Shown in pieces: positions 49,411 to 58,900 of a stretch of 64,000 bases of DNA. Source of the DNA: Candidatus Krumholzibacteriota bacterium (GTDB lineage: Bacteria; Krumholzibacteriota; Krumholzibacteriia; LZORAL124-64-63); NCBI GenBank assembly GCA_022711765.1, contig JAKLEB010000001.1:724694-788693 (forward strand), given 5' to 3'. The first letter of the stretch is position 1, and every line of letters begins with the position of its first letter. Under the pieces are notes generated by a model. It did no database searches. It was not told the origin of the DNA and saw only the letters and a list, made by a program, of their open reading frames with translations. A program made the translations under genes and the position numbers.

Positions 49411-51749
49411 CGCACGAGGGTGATCTTGAGGATCGCCTGGCCGCCCGGTCCGGCCGCGCGGACCCAGTACACGCCGCTCGCGCAGTCGCGCCCGCGATCG
49501 TCGCGACCGTTCCAGACCTCGCGGTATCGCCCGCCGGGCCGGAAGCCGTCGGCCAGCGCGCGGACCTGCCGCCCCGCGGCGTCGTGGATGGCGAGGCGGA
49601 CCGTTCCCGCGGCGGGGACCGTGAAGTAGATCGAGGCATGCGGGTTGAAGGGGTTGGGGACGCAGGGTCCCAGACGCAGCGCGGTCGCGTCAGGGACGTC
49701 GGTGGTCGAGCCGGCGATCGCGAAGACCGCGCTCTGATCCCAGCCGAGATTGCCGGCCGCGTCGCGGGCCAGCGCCCGCAGGCAAGCGCTGGCGCAGGCG
49801 AGGTCGGGCACCGTCCACGCCGCGCTGCCGTTCGCGGCGAGGCCGGTCAACGCCGTCGGCGCCCAGTGCTCGCCGCCGTCGCAGCTCAGCTCGAGGTCGA
49901 CCGCGACGACGGCGACGTTGTCGGCCGATTGCCAGGCGACCGTCACGACGGCGCCGGGTTCGAGCACCGCGCCCGCCGGCGGGCCCGCGCTCCACAGGAC
50001 TCCGGGCCCGTAGCGATCGCGCAGCGCGAAGACGCCGCTCTGGGCGACGCCGGCGTTGCCCTCGGGGTCGCGCGCCGTGACCCGCACCCGCAACGCCTCG
50101 CCCGGCACCGCGCCGAGGCTGCCGGTCCAGGTCCCCGCGTTCGCGAGGTTCCGCGCCAGGACCACCGGGTAGGTCGCGCCGCCGTCGCGGCTGAGGTGGA
50201 GGTCGACGGCGACGACGCCGCTCGCGTCCGTGGCCGTCCAGCGCACCGCCTGCGGATCGCCGAGAGTCCCGGCCTCGCCCGCGGCAGGCTGCAGGACGGA
50301 GACCGCGGGCGGCGTCTGGTCGAGGTCCACGACGCCGATCGCGACGGTGATGGTCGCCGGGTCGCGGGGCGCCAGGACATCGCGCACGTCGACGTCGGTG
50401 CGGGCGCCTCCGTTGGTCCGCGACGCCGGCAGCGTCGTCGCGGCGAAGCGCACCGCGCCGCTCGAGCCGGGCCAGGGATCGCCCGCGTCGCCGCGGTTCG
50501 CGCCGACCTGGTCCAGGCCGTCGGCCTGCTCCAAGGCGATCCCGGCGATCGGGCCCGCGTTGACCTCGTTCAGCGCCCGCGCGGCCGCGATCACCGACCC
50601 GTCGACGTGCCAGATCAGGAGGCCCGCTGCGGGGAGCGACGCGTCGAAACCGGTCCGCCGCCGGTTCTCGACCAGGAAGAGCTCCCCCGCAGCCATGTCC
50701 GGATCCCGGACCACGAGCACGTGGCCGGCCGGCAGGGTGACCGGGCCGTCCTCGCGCACGTCCACGACCGGCCCCCAGCCGAGGTCTCGCCGGCTCCAGG
50801 CGCACGGCAGCGACGGCGACGACGGCGTCCGCCCGTCGCCCCCCCAGCTGCCGGTCCCCATGAGCCCCCAGCCGCCGATGCCGGCGCCGCCGCCCACCGT
50901 GTCATAGAGGTCGGGCAGGCCCAGGACGTGGCCGTACTCGTGGCAGATCACGCCGATCTCGATCGCGCCGCCCGCGCAGCTCAGCTCGGGCACCAGGACG
51001 TAGTCGTCGACCTTGATGAAGCCGCCGCCCGCCCGCGCGGTCGCCGTGACGTAGGCGCCGTAGCCCCAGCCGGCGAGGAAGAAGCAATGGCTCCAGAGCT
51101 CGCTCGAACCGCATTCGCCGCCCTTGCCGGCGTGCATCACGACGACGCAGTCGACGTAGCCGTCGTCGTCGCCGCTGTTCGGCGCGCCGTCGGGACCGTC
51201 GTCGTCGTAGCGGCCCCAGTCGAAGCCCTGGACGTCGGCCGCCGCCACGACGTCGTACACGAAGCGGCCGGCGTTGTCGGGCGCGGCCCACACGTCCATG
51301 CCGTTGTGGTCGCCTGCGTAGTCGCCGACCGCGCGCGGTGCGCGCTTCCAGTCGATCACCTCGCCCACGACCTCGAGGGCGCCCCCGCTCGCCGCGAGGT
51401 AGTAGTCGCGGACGGAGTTCGTCCCGGTGAACCGCGCCTGCAGGGTCGCCTTCGGGATCGTGACCGCGCGGTCGCTGAATCCGCCCGGGATCACGAGGAG
51501 GCGCCTCGTGTCGGTCGCGCCCTTGTCACCGCCGGCGCCGACCGCCAGCCGCGACGGGAAGCCTGGGCGCGGGCCGGTCCAGCGCTCGAGCGCGGACGGC
51601 AGCGTCGCGCCCGAACCGGGGCGCGGCGGCGCGATGGCGAGGCCAGGCTGTGCGCCCGCCGCGGCGAGCGCCATCAGCGCCGCGCTGCAGAATGCGCGTG
51701 CACGGGCCGCTCGCTTGCGGTGGCCGCCTCGCACAACCGATTGCGACAT
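49407..51749 (-). CDS. M6-family (immune inhibitor A-like) metalloprotease with Ig-like repeats and C-terminal FlgD-Ig/T9SS-like sorting domain
   Basis: 780 aa. Signal peptide. HEYGHVLGLPDLYD, the M6 HExxHxxGxxD signature. Repeated beta-sandwich segments. C-terminus CVPNPFNPHASIYFTV...VRLAIHDAAGRQV...GVYWVRAAG...KITLVR. Confidence 0.75.
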   Translation of the reverse strand: MSQSVVRGGHRKRAARARAFCSAALMALAAAGAQPGLAIAPPRPGSGATLPSALERWTGPRPGFPSRLAVGAGGDKGATDTRRLLVIPGGFSDRAVTIPKATLQARFTGTNSVRDYYLAASGGALEVVGEVIDWKRAPRAVGDYAGDHNGMDVWAAPDNAGRFVYDVVAAADVQGFDWGRYDDDGPDGAPNSGDDDGYVDCVVVMHAGKGGECGSSELWSHCFFLAGWGYGAYVTATARAGGGFIKVDDYVLVPELSCAGGAIEIGVICHEYGHVLGLPDLYDTVGGGAGIGGWGLMGTGSWGGDGRTPSSPSLPCAWSRRDLGWGPVVDVREDGPVTLPAGHVLVVRDPDMAAGELFLVENRRRTGFDASLPAAGLLIWHVDGSVIAAARALNEVNAGPIAGIALEQADGLDQVGANRGDAGDPWPGSSGAVRFAATTLPASRTNGGARTDVDVRDVLAPRDPATITVAIGVVDLDQTPPAVSVLQPAAGEAGTLGDPQAVRWTATDASGVVAVDLHLSRDGGATYPVVLARNLANAGTWTGSLGAVPGEALRVRVTARDPEGNAGVAQSGVFALRDRYGPGVLWSAGPPAGAVLEPGAVVTVAWQSADNVAVVAVDLELSCDGGEHWAPTALTGLAANGSAAWTVPDLACASACLRALARDAAGNLGWDQSAVFAIAGSTTDVPDATALRLGPCVPNPFNPHASIYFTVPAAGTVRLAIHDAAGRQVRALADGFRPGGRYREVWNGRDDRGRDCASGVYWVRAAGPGGQAILKITLVR

Positions 51750-51841
51750 CTCGCGCTACGCTCCCTGGTCACGCACCGCGCGGTGCGGTCCTGCACGGTC
51801 GGCAGATCGTGCCGGCGACCGGTGCAAGATGCGCGCCCGGG

Positions 51842-54064
51842 TCAGTCGACCGGGTGCAGGGGCGCGAAGCGCGGCAGGATATGCTTGCGGCCGTGGTCGA
51901 GGAACTCGACGGTGACCTCGAGGTCGTCGCCCGCTCCCTCGACCCGCACGACGGTGCCGGCGCCGAAGCTCGCGTGCACCACCGTCTGCCCCTCGTAGAA
52001 CGGCGACACCTGGGCGACGTCGCGGTCCCAGCTCGACGCGGGGGAGCGCGCGCGGCGCCCGGCGATCGCGGACGCCGAATAGCGGTCGGCGTCGGCCGAG
52101 GCGGTCCTTGGCGGCGGCAGCCGCCAGCCGTGGTCGATCTGGCGGCGCTCGCAGAGCTCCGCGGGGATCTCGCCGAGGAACCGCGACGGCAGGCTGTCCT
52201 CGTAGGCGCCGTAGCGGCGGCGGCGCGCGGCGTGCAGCAGGTAGAGGCGGGTGCGCGCGCGGGTCAGGGCGACGTAGAAGAGACGGCGCTCCTCCTCCAC
52301 GCCGGCCGCGGTGTCGCTGCTCGTCGCGTGCGGCAACAGGTCGTCCTCGCAGCCGGTCACGACGACCACGGGGAATTCCAGGCCCTTGGCCGTGTGCACG
52401 GTCATCAGGCGGACGGCGCCCTCGCCGTCGCGGATCGCGTCCTGGTCGGCCACGAGCGCGATCTGTTCGAGGAACTGGACCAGCGTGCCGCCGTCCGCCG
52501 CCTCGTGGAAGGCGTGGGCGCCGTTGAGCAGCTCGGCGACGTTCTCGAGGCGGCCGAGAGCGGTCTCGGGCTCGTCGTCGCGCAGGAACGCCTCGTACTG
52601 GATGTCGGCGATGATGCGTTCGAGCAGCGCCGGCACCGGCTTGCCATCGGCGGCGTCGCGGCGCCAGGCGGCGAGCTGGCCCAGGAACTGGAGCACGCGC
52701 TGGGCGGCCGCGGGCCCGAGCGCGTCGCGCAGCAGGTCCGACCGCATGACGAGATCGCCGGCCGCGATCGCGTGCTCGCGGGCGCAGGCCAAGAGGCGGG
52801 ACACGGTCGTGTCGCCGATCTTGCGCTTCGGCTGGTTGATGATCCGCTGCAGCGAGACCTCGTCGGCGGGATTCGCGGTGAGCTTGAGGTAGGCCAGCAG
52901 ATCGCGGATCTCGCGCCGCTCGTAGAACTGGACGCTGCCCACGACCTGGTGGGGCACGCGCGCGCGGCGGAGCGCGTCCTCCAGCAGGCGCGACTGCGCG
53001 TTCGTGCGGTACATCACCGTGATGTCGCCGCGCTCGCGGCCGAGCGACTGCTCGCGCCGGACGATCTCCACGACCCGCGCCGCCTCGTCCTCGGCGTCCA
53101 GGTGCTCCTCGACGGAGATCGGGTCGCCGCGGGCGGCCTCGGTCCAGAGGTTCTTGCCCTTGCGGCGCTTGTTGTTGGCGATCAGCGCGTTGGCCGCGTC
53201 GAGGATGATCCCGACCGAGCGGTAGTTCTGTTCGAGCCGGTAGAGGTGCGTGCCCGGGAAGTGCTGCTCGAACTCCAGCATGTTCTCCACGCGCGCCCCG
53301 CGCCAGCCGTAGATCGACTGGTCGTCGTCGCCGACGACGAAGACATTGCCGTGCACGCTGCTCAACAGGCGGACCAGCAGCAGCTGCAGCGCGTTCGTGT
53401 CCTGGAACTCGTCGACGAGCACGTGGCGGAACTTGCCGGCGTACAGATCGCGGACGTCGTCGCAGGTCTCGAGCAGATGGACGGTCTCGAGGATGAGGTC
53501 GTCGAAGTCGACGGCCTTGCACGCGCGCAGGGCCTTCTGGTAGCCCTCGTAGACCTTGACGTAGGTCTCCTCGACGAAGGTCTTCGCCTTGCTGCGAGCC
53601 TGCTCGGGCGAGTCGTCCTCGTTCTTCCAGGTGCTGATCGCCGCGCGCGCAGCCGGGATCGCGAACTGCTTCGCGTCCACGTTCAGGTCGGCGAAGACGT
53701 TCTTCAGGAGGCGTTTCTGGTCGTCCGTGTCGTAGATCGCGAAGTCGCGGGCGAGGCCGAGGCGGTCGGCGTGGCTGCGCAGGATGCGGGCGCCGGTCGC
53801 GTGGAAGGTGCCGATCCAGAACGGCGCGTTGGTCTCGCCGACCAGGGTCGCCACCCGCTCCTTCATCTGGTTGGCGGCCCGGTTGGTGAAGGTGTAGGCG
53901 AGGACCTGCGACGGATAGACGCCGTGCTCGAGGAGCCAGGCGACGCGCGTGGTGAGGACCCGCGTCTTGCCCGAGCCCGCGCCGGCGACGACGAGGACCG
54001 GACCGTCGGGCGCGGTGACGGCGGCGCGCTGGGCGGAGTTGAGGGACTCGAGGAGGTCGGTCAC
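51842..54064 (-). CDS. ATP-dependent DNA helicase, UvrD/PcrA family
   Basis: 740 aa. Motif I AGAGSGKT, motif II DEFQDTN, motifs III-VI in order. Confidence 0.9.
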   Translation of the reverse strand: MTDLLESLNSAQRAAVTAPDGPVLVVAGAGSGKTRVLTTRVAWLLEHGVYPSQVLAYTFTNRAANQMKERVATLVGETNAPFWIGTFHATGARILRSHADRLGLARDFAIYDTDDQKRLLKNVFADLNVDAKQFAIPAARAAISTWKNEDDSPEQARSKAKTFVEETYVKVYEGYQKALRACKAVDFDDLILETVHLLETCDDVRDLYAGKFRHVLVDEFQDTNALQLLLVRLLSSVHGNVFVVGDDDQSIYGWRGARVENMLEFEQHFPGTHLYRLEQNYRSVGIILDAANALIANNKRRKGKNLWTEAARGDPISVEEHLDAEDEAARVVEIVRREQSLGRERGDITVMYRTNAQSRLLEDALRRARVPHQVVGSVQFYERREIRDLLAYLKLTANPADEVSLQRIINQPKRKIGDTTVSRLLACAREHAIAAGDLVMRSDLLRDALGPAAAQRVLQFLGQLAAWRRDAADGKPVPALLERIIADIQYEAFLRDDEPETALGRLENVAELLNGAHAFHEAADGGTLVQFLEQIALVADQDAIRDGEGAVRLMTVHTAKGLEFPVVVVTGCEDDLLPHATSSDTAAGVEEERRLFYVALTRARTRLYLLHAARRRRYGAYEDSLPSRFLGEIPAELCERRQIDHGWRLPPPRTASADADRYSASAIAGRRARSPASSWDRDVAQVSPFYEGQTVVHASFGAGTVVRVEGAGDDLEVTVEFLDHGRKHILPRFAPLHPVD

Positions 54065-54165
54065 GGTCTGGGGAGGTCCTTCTCCGGAGGTGTCAGGGTC
54101 GCGGCGACGCGGGCACGCCGGCCAAGGATAGTCGCGCGCCCGGCCGTGTCAAACGCGGTTGTCGG

Positions 54166-54594
54166 TCAGCGCAGGAGCACCGCCTTCGTGGTGCGGATCG
54201 CGGACTCCGTGGTCAGGCGCACGAGGTACGCGCCCGACGGGAGGGCGCGGCCGGCGTCGTCCGTGCCGCGCCAGCTGAGGATGTGGCGGCCGGCGGGGCG
54301 GGGGGTGTCGAGGAGCGTGACCAGGCGGCGGCCGCGGAGGTCGTGGATGGTGACGGTGGCGTGGGTCGGGCACGGGAGATCGAAGGAGATCGTCGTTGCC
54401 GGGTTGAAGGGGTTGGGGGTGGCGGGGTGGAGGATGATGGCTGCGGCCGCCACGCCAACGGGTTCCTCCGGCCCCTCTGGGTGATCAACCGGCAGAATGT
54501 CGTGGCAATCGACCGGGAGAAGGTGACGGACCGCAGGCGAGGTAGACCTCTCCATCGAACTCGCGGATACGGATCTCCGAGTAGTCCGGCACAT
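54166..54594 (-). pseudogene. orphan FlgD-Ig/T9SS-like C-terminal sorting domain without signal peptide or passenger domain; probable gene remnant
   Basis: 142-aa ORF whose last ~85 aa match the sorting domains of the M1 and M6 proteases (ATPNPFNPATTISFDLP...VTIHDLRGRRLV...GAYLVRLTT...KAVLLR). The N-terminal 55 aa are Arg/Ser-rich with no signal peptide. Upstream DNA is the AT-rich promoter of the HNH gene. Confidence 0.35.
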
Positions 54595-54713
54595 CGCAAC
54601 GACGACCAGCGTGTGCCTTTCCGCAGCATGGGATTCTCCCTCCGGAACTCGCCCACGACCCCACGATGATACGTCGATCTCAGCAACATTGTCGATCGTC
54701 CGCTCTTACCCCA

Positions 54714-54745
54714 TTGACAACGCGCCAATCTTTTCGTCTAATTTT
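54714..54745 (+). promoter_or_regulatory. sigma70-like promoter in an AT-rich patch upstream of the HNH endonuclease gene
   Basis: TTGACA (54714-54719), then a 17-19 nt spacer, then a tcTAATtt -10 region, about 35 nt before the ATG at 54778. The local sequence (attgtcgatcgtccgctcttaccccattgacaacgcgccaatcttttcgtctaattttcg) is well below the genomic GC. Confidence 0.45.
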
Positions 54746-54777
54746 CGCCATCACCCCCTCCCGGAACCCAGGCCCCG

Positions 54778-55908
54778 ATGTCCTTCGTACCAGACGACTT
54801 CCGCCCCGGTCTGTCCGCCACCGAGGTCGACCGCGCCCTGCGCGGCGCCGTGTCGGCCTACGACCGCGCCCGCCGCAACGTCGCCCTCTGGTTCACCGAC
54901 GCCCTCGAGCGCGGCCTCTACCGCGACCTGGGCCACGCCAGCATGGAGATCTACGCCCGCGAGGGTCTCGGCTTCTCCCCCGGCCGCACGCGACAGTTCC
55001 TCGCCCTCGCCCGCGACCTGCGCCGGCTGCCGCACCTGCGCGCCGCGGTCACGGACGGGCGCCTCGGCTGGACCAAGGCGCAGGAGGTGGCGCGGGTGGT
55101 GGCGCCGGCGAGCGAAGCGGCGTGGGTCGAGCGCGCCGTCGCGTTGCCGCGGGACGAGCTGCGGCGCGAGGTGGCGACCGCGCGGGCGCGGGCGCGCGGT
55201 GCGCGGCTCGCGGCGCGGGGCAAGGCCGCGGGCCAGCTGGAGTCGTCGACCACCCGTGCGACGTCGACCCGCGGCGACGGATCGTCGCGCGCGGCGGCCC
55301 CCGCAGCCGCGCCGGCGACCATCCCGCCGACCACGATCGCGATCCAGCTCGACGCCCTCGAGCTCGCCCGCTTCGACGCCCTCGTCACGGCCGCGAGGAG
55401 ATCCGGCGCCGTCGCCGCCGACGCGACGCGCGCCGAGATCGTGCTCTCCGGACTCGCCGCCCTTACGAAAACTCCGCAGCGCGTACGCCGCGGACGTGGC
55501 GTCGGCCGCACGCACGGCAGCGCAAGCTGTCAGTATAACGGCGCGCGCCACCTTGCCCCGGCCGCCACGGTGATCGTGCAGCGATGTCCGGAGTGCGACG
55601 CCGCCTTCGCGCTCACGACCGCGGGACCCAAGCGGCTCGACCGCGCCGCGGACGCCGCGCTCGCCTGCGACCACGTCGCGCGGGACGCGCGCGGGCACAA
55701 CCGCAGCGCGGTCCCGCCGGCCGTCCGGCGGCAGGTGCTCGATCGCGACGGGCATCGCTGCACGACAGCGGGTTGCGATAACACGCGCTTCCTAGAGGTC
55801 CATCACGTCGTGCCCAGAGCGCAGGGAGGGACCAACACGACGGATAACCTGACGACGTTGTGCGCGCGGTGCCACCGGTTCGCGCACGAGCGGGCCCCCG
55901 CCCCCTAG
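54778..55908 (+). CDS. HNH endonuclease with N-terminal DUF222-like domain (actinobacterial 13E12-repeat type)
   Basis: 376 aa. C-terminal HNH motif C..C...H..HH.....GG.N..DNL..LC..CH, preceded by an Ala/Arg-rich helical domain. Stop overlaps the convergent Omp85-fusion gene by 4 nt. Confidence 0.75.
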   Translation: MSFVPDDFRPGLSATEVDRALRGAVSAYDRARRNVALWFTDALERGLYRDLGHASMEIYAREGLGFSPGRTRQFLALARDLRRLPHLRAAVTDGRLGWTKAQEVARVVAPASEAAWVERAVALPRDELRREVATARARARGARLAARGKAAGQLESSTTRATSTRGDGSSRAAAPAAAPATIPPTTIAIQLDALELARFDALVTAARRSGAVAADATRAEIVLSGLAALTKTPQRVRRGRGVGRTHGSASCQYNGARHLAPAATVIVQRCPECDAAFALTTAGPKRLDRAADAALACDHVARDARGHNRSAVPPAVRRQVLDRDGHRCTTAGCDNTRFLEVHHVVPRAQGGTNTTDNLTTLCARCHRFAHERAPAP

Positions 55909-58900
55909 AAATCCGGTCCGATCGAGAAGTGGAACACGCTGCCGTCGACGTGGCGCAGGTCGGTCCGCCAGGCCCAGTCGAACTTGAGCGGCAGCCAGAA
56001 CACGTTGGCGCGCAGGCCGAAGCCGAAGTCGCCGCGGAGGTCGCCGAACGCCCCGTCGTCGAAGAACTGGACCTCGTCGGTCCAGGCGCAGCCGGCGTCG
56101 AAGAAGACGGCGCCGCCGATGCCCGTGAGGCCCCACTGGCCGGGCCAGCCGAAGATCAGGTAGTCGACGAAGGGCAGGCGGTACTCGAGGCTCGCGAGGG
56201 CCATCTTGGTGCCGGCGAGGTTGTCGAGGGTCTGGTAGTCGTAGTAGCGGTAGCCGCGGAGGGTCCAGGGGCCGCCGATCACGAAGCCGCGCGGATCCTC
56301 GCCCGCCGAGTGGGCGTAGGTGAGGCGCAGGGCGAGGCTGTTGCGCCGCAGCGGCAGCCAGTATTTGCGGAGGTCGCCGACGAAGTTGAAGCGGTCGAGG
56401 CTGCTGTCGGAGAGCGGCAGGCCCTTGGCGACGCTCAGCGACCAGCGGCTGCCGGCCACGGGGCCGTGCAGGCCGTACAGCGCGTTGTCGTGGACGAAGC
56501 TGAGCGCCGGTTGCAGGAGGCGGCTCCGCCGCTTGGCGACCGGCACCAGGAAGCCGAACTCGTCGAAATCGTAGTCGGTGCGGTCGCTGTTGAGGATCTC
56601 CACATCGAAATCGACGCGCTCGAAGACCGACAGCGGGTAGCTCGCGCGGCCGAAAAATCCGTAGTTGCGCTCCTTGAAGAGGGTCTCGTCGGTCAACAGC
56701 TCGCCCACGCTGGTGATGACCGAGTTGTAGTAGTTGTTGTACAGGAACGCGCCGGCCGACAGGTCGACGCGGCGCTTGAGGAAGGTGTAGGCTGCGGCGA
56801 GGTCGCTGTTGTCGACGGCGCCGTAGAAATTCACCAGGAAGTCGAGGCGGCGGTCGCCGAGGTCGTCGGTCAGCGTGATGACGTTGGCGAAGCCGAGGCC
56901 GCCCGCGCTCGTCCAGTACACGGCGCCGCCGGCCCCGGCGCGGGTCGCGTCGAGGCGGAAGCGGGGGCGGTAGCGTTCGACGAGGCCGATGCGGTCGGGG
57001 TCGATCCGCACGGTGTCGGGGGGACCGGCGCGCGTGACGAGCTGCGGCGGTTCGATCACGACCGGGCCCGGCGCCGTGCCGCCCGGCGTCCGCGCCGACC
57101 AGCTGCCGCGGAACTGGTCGGCGGCGTAGAGATCGTAGCCTGCGTTATGGAACGCGCTGAAGACGAGGCGGTCGCCGGCGACCGCGTAGGTGAGATGCTG
57201 CAAGCCGCCGAGGAGGTTCGTCAGCGGGCGGTCGCTGGCCACGGCCGAGCCTGTCGAATCGAGCGCCACGAGCGACAGGTTGTCGATGCCGTTCGCGCCG
57301 TCGACCACGACGAGCGCGCGATCGTCGATCCACACGGGGTCGCGGCGGCGGTCGCGGGACGCGAAGAGGCGGCTCCGCGCGCCGTCAAGCGCGAGGACCT
57401 CGACCGCCGGCGGCGGCGCCGTCCGGGTCGTGTCGAGGGCCGCCTCGCCCACGAGGCGCGCCTGGCGCAGGCGCTTGGCGCCGTCCGCCAGCAGCTCGAT
57501 CTCGAAGGCGACCTCGGCCAGCGGATTGAACGAGAAGGCGAGCCGCGAGCCGTCCGGCGACCAGGCCGGCGAACTCTCGTCGCCGGCGTCGTCCGTCAGG
57601 CGCACGAGGCGCGCGCCGTCCGGCAGTCGGCGCGGCGGCGCGGCGGCGGCGACCCCGAGGCTGTCGAGCGCGCCGGGGACCATCTCCACGAGGTAGAGAT
57701 CGGTGCGGCCGCGGTCGGTGCCCACGAGGGCGACCAGGCGGCCGTCGGGCGACCAGGCCGGATCGGCGGCGACGTCGAGCTCGAGATCCCAGCTGCGGGT
57801 CACGTCGCCGTTCGCCGCGTCGATCGTGTGCAGCGTCTCCCGGTTGCCGCTCTTCGCGACCAGGACGACCTCGCGGCCGTCCGGCGACCAGCCCAGGCCC
57901 GAGCGGAAACTGTGGAAGCTCTCGAAGCGGCTCGCGCGCATGCTGCGGCCGAGGCGACGGATCACCTGGCCGTCGATGGCCGACAGGAGATAGAGGTCGA
58001 TCAGACCGTCGCGGTCGGTGAAGCAGGCGACCAGGTCGCCGTCGGGATTCAGGGCGGGCCGACCGTAGAACGACGCCTCGTCCGTCTCGACGCCGGTCAG
58101 CGGCCGCGAGATGTCCTCCATCTGCTCGAGGTCGCTGAAGCCCGGCCAGTAGCGCTGGCGGAGGGACCGGTGGTAGAGCTCCTCGAATTCCTCCATCGTC
58201 AGACCGTAGGTGAGCGCGAGCGCGCGGTCGACGCTGCGCACGCGGCCGACGGTGCGCCAGAACTCGTTGAGGCGCTCGGCGCCGTAGCGATCGGAGAGCA
58301 GGCGCATCGCCGCCTGGCCCTGCTTGTAGACCAGGTAGCCGCCGACCCGCTCGAGCGGCTGCAGGTAGTCGTTGATCGTGGCGTCGCGGATGACCATGTC
58401 GGCGTTCGCGTCCCAGCCCGAGCTGAGCCACTCGGCCACGCCCTCGGCGAACCACAGGGGGATATTGAAGAAGGCGTTGCGGCCGAGGTCGACGCTGCGG
58501 GAGCCGAAGGCCATGTCGAACATGAAGACGTGGACCAGCTCGTGGCGGATCACGTGCACGAGGTCGGCGTGCGAGCCGTTGTACGGCAGGACCATGCGGT
58601 TGCGGAACGGCTCGGAGAAGCCGCCGGTGCCCTCGCCGATGAGGTAGTCGGAGATGTTGGTCTGCGCGAATTCGGCGTGGCTCGAGTAGAGGATCAGCGG
58701 CGTGCGCAGCGGCAGATCGCGGTCGAGGCGATCGGCGTACTCCTTGTAGGCGCGCTCGGCGATGATCGCCGCGCGGAACGCGAGCTCCTCGGCGCCGTCG
58801 TGGAAGTGCAGGTCGAAGTGCGGAGTCGTGAGCACGCGCCAGTCGTGGTCGCCGGTCTGGACCTTGTTCTTGCCGTACCGCTGCGCCTGCGCCGGTACGG

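Noticed and set aside
47991-51998. 1335-aa plus-strand ORF, and similar giants (58762..62958 +, 33444..36299 +, 33370..35718 -)
   Set aside because: All overlap strongly supported genes (M1/M6 proteases, tamB, xseA/MATE) in antisense or in an alternative frame, and translate to Arg/Gly/Ala/Pro-rich low-complexity sequence.
54213-54728. 171-aa alternative-frame ORF over the orphan sorting-domain region
   Set aside because: It has no signal peptide or domain and is Pro/Ser/Thr/Arg-rich. The other frame gives a clean match to the sorting tails of two neighbouring proteases, so that frame is the meaningful one.
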